Positions 19,056 through 29,607 are shown, counted from the first letter of the stretch. The stretch is 64,000 nucleotides of DNA from an uncultured virus (IMG/VR IMGVR_UViG_3300032373_000005) (IMGVR_UViG_3300032373_000005); one strand, 5' to 3'. The notes: generated from the sequence alone by a model not told the origin. Translations and numbers: made by a program.

Positions 19056-19538
19056 ATGCTCACCAACCTCGACATTGCACTGTTCCCGCTGCTGCTGAGC
19101 GTGTGCGCGGACCCGCTCGACACCACCGTCGACCCGGCCGCCGCCCAGGCAGCGCTCAAAGAGATCCCCTCCTCCTCCCTCCCGCCGCCGTGCGCCGAGG
19201 GCGAACCGTTCCGGCTGAGCAGCCTGGCGCCGACCGTCGCCGACGCCGACGACCCCTACTCCCTGCTGACCGTCACCCTGACCGGCAGCGCGGACACCGC
19301 GGGCGTCTGCGAAGTGACCTGCGAGAACAACGTGGCGGCGAGCTGCTGGCTGTCCTCGTCGACCGACTGCGCCGACCGGGTCTCCACCCCGGCGACCTTC
19401 ACCGCCGCGCGTCCGGAGCTGGTGGCGTGCGCGCGGGCGGCGCCGAACATGATCCCGCTCGACAACCGGCTGCTCGTCTACCACGGGATTTTCGGCTCGC
19501 CGCTCGGCTTCCCTCTCCAGCACGGGAGCACACCATGA
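19056..19538 (+). CDS. Cys-containing secreted-type protein
   Basis: N-terminal hydrophobic stretch; several Cys. Confidence 0.6.
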   Translation: MLTNLDIALFPLLLSVCADPLDTTVDPAAAQAALKEIPSSSLPPPCAEGEPFRLSSLAPTVADADDPYSLLTVTLTGSADTAGVCEVTCENNVAASCWLSSSTDCADRVSTPATFTAARPELVACARAAPNMIPLDNRLLVYHGIFGSPLGFPLQHGSTP

Positions 19539-19804
19539 AGCTGCGACCATCTGACCTCGGCCGATCCCCCGACGAACTGGCTGATCTCTTGATCGAGCAA
19601 AGCCGCCGACACATCGAGCAAATGCTGTACAGGCGCCCGCTGACCGACGAGGACCGCCACCTTGTCAAGGGCAGGGCTCCCGGCCTGAGCACAGTCTCGG
19701 TGGGCAGCTTTCAAGGGATAGACATCCGAGCCCCTGTGGGACTCGCCAAGCTGCCCCCGGTCGTCGAACTGCTCGCCGGCACCGGCGTGGTGAGGTGGCT
19801 GTGA
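19535..19804 (+). CDS. hypothetical protein
   Basis: ATGA and GTGA coupling. Confidence 0.5.
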   Translation: MKLRPSDLGRSPDELADLLIEQSRRHIEQMLYRRPLTDEDRHLVKGRAPGLSTVSVGSFQGIDIRAPVGLAKLPPVVELLAGTGVVRWL

Positions 19805-20073
19805 GCATCGACAGCCCTGACGCTCCCGACACCGAGATCCCCTACATCGGCCCCGCCGAGCAGCCCGAGCCGGTGCCCGCGGTGGTCGCCGTGCTGGAGC
19901 ACGCGCTGCGCGAGGCGCGCGCGGGCAGGCTCATCGCTGTGGGCTTCGCCGGTGTCTCGCGCGGTGGGCACGACACCCACGGCTACACCCTCGGCGGTAG
20001 CAACATCGCCCACCTTCACCTCGCCGCGAGCCGCCTGCAGCGCAGCGTGCTCGGCCACGGGAGCGACGAATGA
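19801..20073 (+). CDS. hypothetical protein
   Basis: Coupled; natural composition. Confidence 0.55.
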   Translation: MSIDSPDAPDTEIPYIGPAEQPEPVPAVVAVLEHALREARAGRLIAVGFAGVSRGGHDTHGYTLGGSNIAHLHLAASRLQRSVLGHGSDE

Positions 20074-21293
20074 CCACCCTGCTCAACCGCGGGTCAAATT
20101 CTCGCCGCCCGCGCAGCGCGCAGCTCGACGAGATGCACTTCACCAACCGCCGCCGCCGCCGCGAGGTCCGCGCAGCGTACCGGGCCACCCACCGCCACCA
20201 CGGCTGGGCCTGCCCCTACTGCAAGCAGTCCCAGATTCTGGAGTACGCCACCCAGTTTTCGGTCTCCACGCTTCGCGATGGCGTGGTCGTCAGCACCCGG
20301 ATCGAGACGCCGCGCTGGATGGCGTCGGGCGTCATCGAGGTGCGCTGTGCCGCGGTCATCCGCGACGAAGAGACCGGCCAGATCACCGAGCGCTGCGAGG
20401 GCCTCGTCCGTCTCGGGTTGACGGAGGAGGCGGGCTTCGCCCACCAGGCCGAGTGGCAGGTCTGGACGAAGCGCAAGTGGGCCTACGAGGAGAAGTGCGA
20501 CAAGTCCGAGGCCCGCCTCGACGGCTGGTTCGCTGACCCGAAAAACTGGGATCAGGGCTACGGCCTCCCCTTGCCCCGCTTTGACATCCCCCCGCCCCCC
20601 TTCGCCGTCTACTCCTCCACCGCCGACATCACCCCTGTCGAGCGCCTGGAGGCCCCGAGGTCACCCATGCACACCGTTGTCCTCTGGCTGCCCGAGGGCC
20701 GCTACCTCAACGTCCCCGTCACCACCGACTACGCCAGCGGCGACAGAGCAGCAGAAGGCAGGCGTCAGTTCGTTGACCTGACCATCCAGCTCGCGGCGAT
20801 TTTCCGGTCTGAGGTCCGCGCCGACGTGCTGTCGCTGATCACCGATCCGGCCGAGCGCGCCCGGCGAGACAAGGACAACACCCCGATCCACCTCAAGGCG
20901 CCCTACGGGACGATGCCGTGGTGCTGGCAGGGAACGCTTGCCAGGAAGACCCCCTCCTCCTCCGTCGAGGAGGAACCCGTCGCCGGTGATGTCACGGTGC
21001 CATCGACGGTCTCTGCGGAGGAGGAGGCGGATCTTTTTGACGGCGAGGTCGACCTGCTTGCGGAGCACCTCGCCGACACACCAGACCCCACGCCGCCGCG
21101 CACGCACGCCGAGGCTGTCGAGGACGCGCTCGCGCGGGTCACCGCCGAGGCTGCGGCCGAGGGGATCACCTTCCGCGCGGACGCCATCGACGGGCTTGTC
21201 GACGACGACACCGACGAGGTGCCCCGCGACCCTGACGAGCCCATCTACGACCCCGACGACTTCTCCGACCTGCTCGACGACGGGGAGGAGTAG
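20070..21293 (+). CDS. hypothetical protein (CPYC, acidic C-terminus)
   Basis: 407 aa, GC3 bias. Confidence 0.7.
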   Translation: MTTLLNRGSNSRRPRSAQLDEMHFTNRRRRREVRAAYRATHRHHGWACPYCKQSQILEYATQFSVSTLRDGVVVSTRIETPRWMASGVIEVRCAAVIRDEETGQITERCEGLVRLGLTEEAGFAHQAEWQVWTKRKWAYEEKCDKSEARLDGWFADPKNWDQGYGLPLPRFDIPPPPFAVYSSTADITPVERLEAPRSPMHTVVLWLPEGRYLNVPVTTDYASGDRAAEGRRQFVDLTIQLAAIFRSEVRADVLSLITDPAERARRDKDNTPIHLKAPYGTMPWCWQGTLARKTPSSSVEEEPVAGDVTVPSTVSAEEEADLFDGEVDLLAEHLADTPDPTPPRTHAEAVEDALARVTAEAAAEGITFRADAIDGLVDDDTDEVPRDPDEPIYDPDDFSDLLDDGEE

Positions 21294-21295
21294 CC

Positions 21296-21802
21296 ATGCT
21301 GCTCGACGAGATCCTCGGCCTGCTCGACCCGGTCCTGGGCCATCTCAGCGACGGCGCGCTGTACGCGGTGTCTGGCCTGCTGGCGTGCCTGGGCGGCCTG
21401 GCGTGGCTGGTGGCCCCGCCCGAGGCGCCGCGGCCCTCTGGTCGCAGCCTGGAGGCGGTGGGCTACACCGTGCTCTCTGCCGCGCTGATCGGTGGCCTGG
21501 TGCTGATCCTCCTCGTCGCCGTCACCCACAGCCCCACCGAGGCGCTGGCTGCCGAGACGACCCTGGCCGACCCGCCGTCCGCGGTCCCCGCAGATCCCCT
21601 CGACAGCGCGGGCCGCATCGCTGCCCCGGTGCCCCCGGCCGGTCCCGCGAAGATCCCCTCCTCCTCCCCGCGCCACTCTGGCCCGCCTGCTCTGGAGGGC
21701 GAAGACACCGGGGCGCCGGGAGAGGACGACCCGCGGGCGGTCGACGAAGTCCCCGAAGACACACAGCCGCCGGCACTCGACCGGCTCCTCGAGGTGGGCT
21801 GA
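21296..21802 (+). CDS. two-TM membrane protein
   Basis: Two hydrophobic helices; GGAGG SD. Confidence 0.6.
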   Translation: MLLDEILGLLDPVLGHLSDGALYAVSGLLACLGGLAWLVAPPEAPRPSGRSLEAVGYTVLSAALIGGLVLILLVAVTHSPTEALAAETTLADPPSAVPADPLDSAGRIAAPVPPAGPAKIPSSSPRHSGPPALEGEDTGAPGEDDPRAVDEVPEDTQPPALDRLLEVG

Positions 21803-22173
21803 TGGGCCAGGGCGTCCCCGACCACGCGCGCGACAAGCGCGCCTACGACCTCTACCTCAACGATGCCGGCCTGATCTGGGCCGACATCGCCAGGGCGCTC
21901 GGGATGCGTTCCAAGCAGAGCGCGTGTCTCGCTGCCCGCCGGCACGCCGAGCGGAACGGGCTGGACTGGCCGCTGGCGTTCCGCTACCAGCCGGGCATCG
22001 AGCGGCGGGCCTACGAGCTCAAGCGGGGCGGGCTGTCGTGGTCGGAAGTGGCGGAGCGCCTGACCATGACGTGCGGGTCCGATGCGTGCAAATACGCCCG
22101 CCGGCACGCCGAGTGGAACGGGCTGGACTGGCCGCTGTGCGGCGGCACCCCCTCGCAGAGGATGACCGCATGA
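21802..22173 (+). CDS. tandem HTH-like repeat protein
   Basis: Two copies of RAY.L...GL.W..(I/V)A..L......ARRHAE.NGLDWPL. Confidence 0.7.
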   Translation: MGQGVPDHARDKRAYDLYLNDAGLIWADIARALGMRSKQSACLAARRHAERNGLDWPLAFRYQPGIERRAYELKRGGLSWSEVAERLTMTCGSDACKYARRHAEWNGLDWPLCGGTPSQRMTA

Positions 22174-22433
22174 GCACCCCCCTCCTCCACCCGCACCCTC
22201 CGTCGCCGTTCGGCGTCTGGCTCGACGAGCGCCGCTGCGAGCTGCGCCTCTCCGTCAGAGACCTCGCCACAGCGCTGCGGATCTCGCGCACGGAGTTGGG
22301 CGACTGCCTGCGCGGCGCCAGCGCGGTGCTGCCGCGGCGCACCTGGGCGCACCTGTCGTACCGGCTCGACGTGCCCTACCCGCTGGTCCAGCAGATCGCC
22401 GAGTCGTCGGTTGAGCCCGTGGTGTGGCACTGA
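22170..22433 (+). CDS. XRE-like HTH protein
   Basis: LSVRDLATALRISRTELGDCLRG. Confidence 0.6.
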   Translation: MSTPLLHPHPPSPFGVWLDERRCELRLSVRDLATALRISRTELGDCLRGASAVLPRRTWAHLSYRLDVPYPLVQQIAESSVEPVVWH

Positions 22434-23104
22434 TGGCCGCCGCGAACCCCTGGGGCCTGGTCTTTCAGGCCGCTGGCAGCCGGCGCCAGCGGGCCACGAG
22501 GAAGACCGCACCGCTGGCGATCCCGGTGCTGTCCATCGACGCCGCCGAGGGCTGCGGGGCGGCGCTGGTCACCCCGAAGGCGCCGCCGTCCAACCTGCCC
22601 CGGCTGGCGCGGGTCTGGACATGGAAGCACAGCAGCTACGAGCGCTGGATGTGGCGGTGTGTGGCGGTGATGCGGGAGGCGGTCGCGCTGTGTGCCGAGC
22701 TCGACCTGCCGACGCCGCTGGTCGCCGTCGAGGTCACCTCTGGCGCCAGCCGCTACGACAAGAACAACCCCGAGCAGCCGATGATGCAGGGTCTCGGCCG
22801 CCGCCAGGGTCTCGCCGTCGCCGCCTGGGCGGTCGTCCGCACCATGCCAGATCCGGCCGCACCCGCTGCGCCCCTGCCCCGCCGCACCCGAGTCGCCCGC
22901 CTGGTGCGCCAGTCGTGGTGGGTGGACGTGCTCGACCTCCCCGCCGGCAAGACGGACGGCGGCAGCCACCGCCTCGACGAAGCGGCCACCCACCTCGACG
23001 GCGCGGCCACCCATCTCTCCTCTCTCTCCTCCCCCCTCAACATCGACGCCGCGGAGTCTGCCCTGATGGGCGCCGCCGTTAGCCTGCACGGAGGTGTCCC
23101 GTGA
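22433..23104 (+). CDS. RuvC-like Holliday junction resolvase
   Basis: VLSID, VAVE and IDAAESALMG acidic residues in RuvC order. Confidence 0.55.
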   Translation: MAAANPWGLVFQAAGSRRQRATRKTAPLAIPVLSIDAAEGCGAALVTPKAPPSNLPRLARVWTWKHSSYERWMWRCVAVMREAVALCAELDLPTPLVAVEVTSGASRYDKNNPEQPMMQGLGRRQGLAVAAWAVVRTMPDPAAPAAPLPRRTRVARLVRQSWWVDVLDLPAGKTDGGSHRLDEAATHLDGAATHLSSLSSPLNIDAAESALMGAAVSLHGGVP

Positions 23105-24408
23105 GCCTGTACCCCACCTTCCCGCTCGATAATCCCCTGAGCATCCCTGACCAGATGGCCTTCGCCGACGAGGCCGCTGCGGGTCTCGTCAAGCTGCGGG
23201 CCGCCCTCAAGCTGCCCCCCTCCTACCCAGGGGGTAAGACGCTCGACGCTGCGGGCGACGTAGCCGATCTCGCCGAGCAGGCGGCAGCCATCCAGTCCAC
23301 AGCCTGGCGGATCGCCAGCAACTGGCAGCGCAGCATCGCGCGCCTCGTTACCGCCCGCTACTCCAAAGAGACGCCGCACAGACGCCAGGACCTGTTCCAA
23401 GAGGGGTATCAGGGCGCTTACAACGGCGTGCTGCGGTGGCGGCCCACAGACAGCCCGGCAAAATTCAAGAACTGCATCCAGTGGGGGATCGGCGAGCGGC
23501 TGCAGAGTGCCTCCATCCGGGGGTGGGGCGGCCTCACCACTCCGCGGGACGACATGCGCGAGCTGTGGGCGGTGCGCCGCTGCTACGGTCAACACCTCGG
23601 TGCAGGCGCATCGAGAGCCGAAGCCACAAAAGCGACCGTCCAGCAGCTCGGCATCGAGATCGGTAAGGTCCAGTTCCTGCTCAGCCGCTGTATAAAGCGG
23701 AACTACTATATTTCTGCGTTTTACCTAATGAACGATCTCGTCGGCAAGGACGAGGATTTCGAGCTGCCAGCTTACCGCGCGTGCGGAGGGTTCCGGCTGA
23801 CGACGGATGGCACCGTCGTCGTTGACCAGATCGAGGCGGCGCAGCGCGCGGAGCTGCTGCACCGCTGCCTGGACGAGCTGTCAGAGCCTGAGCGGCTGCT
23901 GCTGGAGCACACCCACGAGCTGCGCGGCCGGGAGTTCCTCGCCGCGGCTGGCGTTGCGCGGAAGCTGGGCTGCAGCGTAGACACGGCGAAGATGCTGCGC
24001 CTGGGCGCGACGCGCAAGCTGCGGGCACGTCTCGCGCAGCACCTCGACAAGTCCATCGACACCACCGAGGCAGACCTCGACGCGAGAATCTACACACTGC
24101 ACGCCTCCTCCCTGCTGCTGTGGGGGGAGATCGCCGACCACTACAGCCTCGGCGACGGCGACCGGATCGCGTGGCGCCGCGGCAAGCGGTACGCCCTGAT
24201 CAACGACGAGCCCTTCGCCGTGCCGCCAGCAGTGCGACACTCCGCCGCCGTCCGTATGCGCAACGCCCAATGCTACGACCTCGGCGTCGAGCGGAAGATG
24301 CCCTGGGGAAAGGTCGCCGTCACGCTCAACATCGACGCCCCCCTCGCCATCCGCCACGCCTTCACCTACGCCCACCGCAACGGGCAGACCTTCGAGATGG
24401 TGGCCTGA
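23101..24408 (+). CDS. sigma70-family sigma factor with C-terminal extension
   Basis: Region 2 DLFQEG..G...KF...QWGI; region 4 LSEPER...VARKLGCS...RKLR. Confidence 0.75.
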   Translation: MSLYPTFPLDNPLSIPDQMAFADEAAAGLVKLRAALKLPPSYPGGKTLDAAGDVADLAEQAAAIQSTAWRIASNWQRSIARLVTARYSKETPHRRQDLFQEGYQGAYNGVLRWRPTDSPAKFKNCIQWGIGERLQSASIRGWGGLTTPRDDMRELWAVRRCYGQHLGAGASRAEATKATVQQLGIEIGKVQFLLSRCIKRNYYISAFYLMNDLVGKDEDFELPAYRACGGFRLTTDGTVVVDQIEAAQRAELLHRCLDELSEPERLLLEHTHELRGREFLAAAGVARKLGCSVDTAKMLRLGATRKLRARLAQHLDKSIDTTEADLDARIYTLHASSLLLWGEIADHYSLGDGDRIAWRRGKRYALINDEPFAVPPAVRHSAAVRMRNAQCYDLGVERKMPWGKVAVTLNIDAPLAIRHAFTYAHRNGQTFEMVA

Positions 24409-24481
24409 TGAACCAGAACCTGCGCGACAAGCTCGCCGCTGCCGGCCACCGCTACGCAGCCACCCACCAACGGAGCCACCA

Positions 24482-24913
24482 ATGACCGACACACACGACC
24501 CGCTGGGCCTCACGTCCGACGCTCCCAGCACCGAGCGCCGGGCGCTCATCATCCCCGCGGTGCTCGTCGAGGCGCTCGCCATCGACGGCGGGACTATCAC
24601 CATCAGCGTCACCAAGGCCGCCCCGCCCGCCACTGCGGACGCGATCCAGGCGCTCAGCAGCAGCCTCCAGCGCCAGTCAGAGCAGACGCTGGCACAGCTC
24701 GAAGAGCTGGCGGATCGCGTTGACCGGCAGACGCTCGATGTTGATGCCGCCCGATCTCAATCGGAGGAGGCTCGCCGCCTGCTGGAGACATGCGGGCACA
24801 CAGGCTCCACCGGCTACGTCTGCAGCATGACCAGAGCAGACGGTGTGATGGGCCGATGCAGCACTGCGGAGTGCCCGCACAAGCACGCTCCGACCAAGGA
24901 AGGCACGCCGTGA
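24482..24913 (+). CDS. hypothetical protein
   Basis: GGAG SD; coiled coil plus Cys cluster. Confidence 0.6.
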   Translation: MTDTHDPLGLTSDAPSTERRALIIPAVLVEALAIDGGTITISVTKAAPPATADAIQALSSSLQRQSEQTLAQLEELADRVDRQTLDVDAARSQSEEARRLLETCGHTGSTGYVCSMTRADGVMGRCSTAECPHKHAPTKEGTP

Positions 24914-25159
24914 GCCCGCCCGCCCCAGACAGTCCCAGGTAGAAGACCTCCTCCTCCGAACGCTTCCGCGCGCAGTACCGCTGGGTGAGGGGGCATTGAC
25001 CAGCGCTGTACCACCCACAGCCCCTGCCGCACGCGCAGACGGGGGCTGACAGGGATGCCTCCAGACTACCGCGAGACCCTGCCACACCTGCGCCGACCTC
25101 ACCGACTCCATCGACAGCCAGCCGATCCGCCTATCTCCAAGGGCAAAGAGGGTGAGAAA

Positions 25160-26179
25160 ATGGAAGCAGTGCGGCACGACGACGAGTTCGAGCGGATCTA
25201 CCTCAAGGAGACCGTCAGCGACGAGGAGCAGCCCGGCGACGACTTCATCGAGCCGCGGTTGACGAGCCTGGAAGATTTCCGCGCAGCAGCCGTCGAGGTC
25301 TTCGAGCACTACTATGGCGACGAGGAGGAGCGCGCCCAGGTCAAGGCCGCCTCCGAGAGCGGGCATCGGCGTGTGGTCGAGATGTGGGTGCCCCACAGCG
25401 CGGGCTTCTTCAACAAAGTTGACCAGCCCAACTGGCAGCACGCCATCGCCTCGGTCATCGAGGCCAAGCTGGCTGGCCTGAAGACGCGACAGTTTTCTGG
25501 CGTGTGGCGCCTGTCCAACGCCCGGCTCGGCCACAAAAACCGCACCGAGTCCACCATCGACTTTGCGGCGGGCGAGAAGGGAATGGCTGCAAGCCGGCTC
25601 ACCAAGGAGTTCAAGGACCGCGACAAGCACCGGAAGGTCGAGCGGGTCGGCTACTTTGTCGTCGCCATGCAGTTCGTTGACGTGAAGAACGGCGCCCCGG
25701 TGCAGTACGACAACGCGGGCCAGCCGCTGGATTTGGGGCAGAACGCCTCGCTGTCGTCGGATGTCATCGCGATGCTCAGCGCGTTTCGCGCGGGAGACTC
25801 GGAGCTCAAGGCGAAGCTGGGCGCCGCCGAGGAGGCAGCCGAGGATCTCAAGGCGACCAACGCCGGCCTCGCCGCCGAGAACAAGCAGATGTCGACAATG
25901 CTGGCAGAGATGGCTGAGACCATGCGCCAGATGAAAGCGTTCATGGCTGGCAGCGGAGCCCCGGCCGCGGAGCTGCCCGACAACCCCATCGCGGAGCCAG
26001 GCGAGAAGACCTCCTCCTCCCCGGCCGTCGAGGCAGCGCCCGCCGCCAAGCCAAAGCCCAAGCGGCGCAGCCGGCGCAAGGCCGCCGCCCCCGAGCCCGC
26101 TCCTGAGCCCGTCGCCGAGCCCGTCGTCGCCGTTGACGATGTCGACGCAATGCTCGACGAGCTGACAAAGGAGAGCTGA
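25160..26179 (+). CDS. hypothetical protein with coiled coil
   Basis: Strong codon bias; start chosen at ATG 25160. Confidence 0.7.
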   Translation: MEAVRHDDEFERIYLKETVSDEEQPGDDFIEPRLTSLEDFRAAAVEVFEHYYGDEEERAQVKAASESGHRRVVEMWVPHSAGFFNKVDQPNWQHAIASVIEAKLAGLKTRQFSGVWRLSNARLGHKNRTESTIDFAAGEKGMAASRLTKEFKDRDKHRKVERVGYFVVAMQFVDVKNGAPVQYDNAGQPLDLGQNASLSSDVIAMLSAFRAGDSELKAKLGAAEEAAEDLKATNAGLAAENKQMSTMLAEMAETMRQMKAFMAGSGAPAAELPDNPIAEPGEKTSSSPAVEAAPAAKPKPKRRSRRKAAAPEPAPEPVAEPVVAVDDVDAMLDELTKES

Positions 26180-26182
26180 GCC

Positions 26183-26590
26183 GTGCCCGCCGTCTACAAG
26201 GTCCGCTTGCTCGACAGCCAACTCGACCGCGTGGAGCTGCTGCTCGTCGGCTACGCCTACCACCACCCCGGCTCTCCGCGGCCGACGATACGGCTGCTCA
26301 CCCTGCTGGGACTACAGAAGGGACTGCGCGAGCTGGAGCAGCGACTCAAGAAGAACGGCGGGCTGCCCCCAGATCGGGCGCACGAGGACGACCGGCTCAA
26401 CGACAGGCGCAAGGTCGAGACCGACAGCAGCCTGGTCACCTTCTCTCGTGGCCTGCTCGCCAGCCTCCACGAACGCCGGCCTGACCGTCCGTACCCATCG
26501 GTACAGACGGTGATGACACTGGCGATGCAGATCGGCCTCTCCGAGCTGGAGGCCAGCTACCTCACCCCCCAGCACCGGAAGGCATCCTGA
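26183..26590 (+). CDS. hypothetical protein with internal repeat
   Basis: P(T/S)(I/V)..L..L....GL.ELE occurs twice. Confidence 0.6.
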   Translation: MPAVYKVRLLDSQLDRVELLLVGYAYHHPGSPRPTIRLLTLLGLQKGLRELEQRLKKNGGLPPDRAHEDDRLNDRRKVETDSSLVTFSRGLLASLHERRPDRPYPSVQTVMTLAMQIGLSELEASYLTPQHRKAS

Positions 26591-26592
26591 AC

Positions 26593-29064
26593 ATGGAAGC
26601 GCACGCAGCGGCGGATCTCCCGCCAGAGAAGATGCAGGTTTTCGAGCCGGCATCCGTCCACGCCCTGGTGCGGGACCACGACCGCCGGATGGAGCAGCAG
26701 CGCCCCCTGATGGCGCTGGCCCAGGCGATCTACGAGACCCGGTTCTGGGAACACATCGAGAACAACACCTCGGGCGACAAGGCCGCGGCGATCAAGCAGA
26801 TCAGCGGCAAGTACGAGGTGAATCACTTCAAGAAGGGTGTCACCACCTTTCAGTCGAAGCTGTTCACCCGGCGCATGAAGGCGAGCGTGGGCAGGACCGC
26901 GGCGACGACCGGCGACCCGGACCTGGCCACGCTGGTGCTCAACCGCACCATGTTCACGACCGCCCAGCGCGAGCGGTACAACAACGCGATCCGCATGGCC
27001 CTGCTGCACCCTGGCTGCGGGTTCAAGAAGGGCTACGAGTCCAGGGCAGGCTCCTCCTCCGCCTCCCTGTCTCCCCACGAGCGCACCTACACCCGCCTGA
27101 TCCCGTGGTGGAACCTGCTGCTGGACTACCAGTGCTCCGACCGGGACGACGCCCGGTTCTGCGGCGAGCTGTCGTGGAGGCCCCTGCTGGAGGTGGCGGA
27201 GGAGCACGGCATCGACCCCGCCAAGCTGGTCGGCCAGCCCCGCACCGACTTCCTCGACGGCTCCACCTCTGCCGCTGCACGGAAAAACCGCAGCGTGCAG
27301 CGGCTGCTCGACGGCGGCGACGACAATGACGACCAGTCCGAGCAGTTTGTGCGCGTGCTGGAGTTCTGCAACCTCATCGACGCCTACGGCGACAACGACT
27401 ACCCTGGCCGCTACGAGGTCTACATCCTCGACCAGCCAGAGCTGCTGCCTGGCCAGAAGACCCGCCGCGACCCCGTCTTCTGCGGCGAGATGCCGCTGTC
27501 GTCCGCGGACGGGCGCCCGCTGGCGCACATCGTCCCGCTGATCTTCGAGTCCAAGGGCTACCGCCCCCTCGAAGGCATCGCGCCGTGCAAGGCATGGATA
27601 CCGCTCCAGGCCGAGCTCAACGCCTACCGGACCCAGCTCAAGCAGACCAGCGGTCGCGACAAGCGTATCGTCATCTACGACAAGCGGATCGGGTCGATGA
27701 AGCGCGACCAGATCGCCTCCGCCCGAGAGCTGGAGATGGTCGGCGTCGAGCGGGAGAGCATCGGCGGGCCGCTCGCCAACTTTTTTCATGTCCTTCAGTT
27801 CGGCCCCACCTCCGTCAACATCAAGGAGCACGCCCTCAAGGCCGAGATGGATCTGCTGGCGATGTTCGGGACCGGGCCATCCGCCCACGGCATCCGCCAG
27901 AACGTCACCGCCGAGGAGATCGACTACCAGCGCTCCTTCACCGACAGCGAGTTCGGCCGATACGCTGCTGCTCTGTGGCGGGTCTTCGAGCAGCTCGCCG
28001 AGCTGACCCTGCGCGCCACCGTCGCCGCCCAGCTCGACGACGGCAACATGGACAGCGACAGCGAGGACGAAGACCTCACCGAGGAAGACCGTGCCGTGCT
28101 CGCCCTGGCAGACAGCGAGCTGTCCGAGGAGACGGAGGGCGCCGAAGACCTCATCGAGGAGGTCGCCCCCGAAGCTGTCGAGGATGAAGACGACGCCGAC
28201 GAGGAAGACGACGAGGTGCCCCTGGCGCTGCTGGCGGCGGCAGACGGCGAGCCGGACGACGGCTCAGGCGAGGCGGAGCTGGCGGCGCTGGAGACCGAGA
28301 GCGGGTCGGGGCTGGAGACCGAGAGCCAAGAGCTGATCTTCATGCTCGACAACCGCGCCAACACGCTGCCGATCACCGTCGAAGACCTCGACTCCGAGTT
28401 CGACATCGGCTTCGAGGAGTCCAACCGCAACCCTGGCGGCAAGGCCGAGGCGCGCAAGGCACTGGCGCAGGTGCTGGAGCAGCTCAAGCAGGAGCTGACC
28501 GTCATGGCCGACCCCTCCGACCCGGTGGCGTCGGTGATCGCCTACGAGGCTGCCAAGGCGCTGTATGCGCAGTGGGATCTACCAGACAACCTCGACCCCG
28601 AGCGCGTCATGGCGCGCATCGAGGACGCGCGCGAGAAGCTGGAGGAAAAGAGCAAGACCGCTCCTCCTCCCGACGCAGCCGCGGCCCTGCCACCCGATGG
28701 AACAGTCCCGCCGCCGCCCGCTGGCCCGCCTCCTGGCGCTGCGCCTGCCGGGGCGGCACCGATGCCCCCTGGTGCGCCTCCCGCGCCCGCTGGCCCTGCT
28801 GGCGGTGCGCCGTCGATGGATCCAGGCACTACGCTGCAGATGCTCGTCGAGGCGCACGGGGCGGACCCGACCGCCGGCCCGATCCTCTCCGCGCTCACCA
28901 ATCTGCCCGACGAGGCCCTCGCCCAGATCGGCCCAGACCTTGCCACCATCGCCAGCCTGCCGCCTGAGTCCCAGGTCGAGGGCCTGGTGATGCTGGCCCA
29001 GAGCCTGACTGGCTCTCCTCCTCCCAACGCAGCCGGTGGCCCCGCCCCGGTCTCTGGAGTTTGA
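26593..29064 (+). CDS. putative portal protein
   Basis: Size and position before the head genes; podovirus portal-like ALL..GCG.K.GY and TAEEI; acidic insert and Pro-rich tail. Confidence 0.6.
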   Translation: MEAHAAADLPPEKMQVFEPASVHALVRDHDRRMEQQRPLMALAQAIYETRFWEHIENNTSGDKAAAIKQISGKYEVNHFKKGVTTFQSKLFTRRMKASVGRTAATTGDPDLATLVLNRTMFTTAQRERYNNAIRMALLHPGCGFKKGYESRAGSSSASLSPHERTYTRLIPWWNLLLDYQCSDRDDARFCGELSWRPLLEVAEEHGIDPAKLVGQPRTDFLDGSTSAAARKNRSVQRLLDGGDDNDDQSEQFVRVLEFCNLIDAYGDNDYPGRYEVYILDQPELLPGQKTRRDPVFCGEMPLSSADGRPLAHIVPLIFESKGYRPLEGIAPCKAWIPLQAELNAYRTQLKQTSGRDKRIVIYDKRIGSMKRDQIASARELEMVGVERESIGGPLANFFHVLQFGPTSVNIKEHALKAEMDLLAMFGTGPSAHGIRQNVTAEEIDYQRSFTDSEFGRYAAALWRVFEQLAELTLRATVAAQLDDGNMDSDSEDEDLTEEDRAVLALADSELSEETEGAEDLIEEVAPEAVEDEDDADEEDDEVPLALLAAADGEPDDGSGEAELAALETESGSGLETESQELIFMLDNRANTLPITVEDLDSEFDIGFEESNRNPGGKAEARKALAQVLEQLKQELTVMADPSDPVASVIAYEAAKALYAQWDLPDNLDPERVMARIEDAREKLEEKSKTAPPPDAAAALPPDGTVPPPPAGPPPGAAPAGAAPMPPGAPPAPAGPAGGAPSMDPGTTLQMLVEAHGADPTAGPILSALTNLPDEALAQIGPDLATIASLPPESQVEGLVMLAQSLTGSPPPNAAGGPAPVSGV

Positions 29065-29067
29065 ACG

Positions 29068-29607
29068 ATGACCACTATCCAGTCCGTAGCCTATTTTTCG
29101 GATGCCTTGAGCGCAATGGTGCGCCGCCTTGAGCGGACCGAGCGCGCGCTGCAGGTCATCTTCGTCAAGACCAACGGGCTCGACGACGACCGCCTGGTGT
29201 CAGACATCAACGTCGACTTCGTCCTTGAACGGGTCGAAGAGGGCCGCTGGCCGGTGGCCGAGGAGCCTACCTCGGTGCTGCCAAGCCCTGGCACCTTCGG
29301 CTGGGCTATCGACCAGCTCAAGATCGGCGAGAAGCTCCGCCGCCACGGATGGAACGGCAAGGGCATGTACCTCGTCTTCTCGGCGGAGAAGACGATCACC
29401 AACCAGACAGCAACCGGCGAGCACACCGACCAACACGGCGCGCTGGCCAAGGCTGAACCGGTCTTCGGCGAGTCGCTGTCCATTCAGCCCGCTGAGACCC
29501 GCACCATCGGTGCCCGCATCGACATCATGGCTGCCGATGGCGTCATCGAGGTCGGCTGGCGGCCGACGAGCCGAGACATGCTCGCCACCGACTGGGAGGT
29601 GTGCTGA
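29068..29607 (+). CDS. DUF2829 / Tad2-like protein
   Basis: FGWAI..LK.G....R.GWNGKGMYL and W.PT..DMLATDW. Confidence 0.8.
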   Translation: MTTIQSVAYFSDALSAMVRRLERTERALQVIFVKTNGLDDDRLVSDINVDFVLERVEEGRWPVAEEPTSVLPSPGTFGWAIDQLKIGEKLRRHGWNGKGMYLVFSAEKTITNQTATGEHTDQHGALAKAEPVFGESLSIQPAETRTIGARIDIMAADGVIEVGWRPTSRDMLATDWEVC

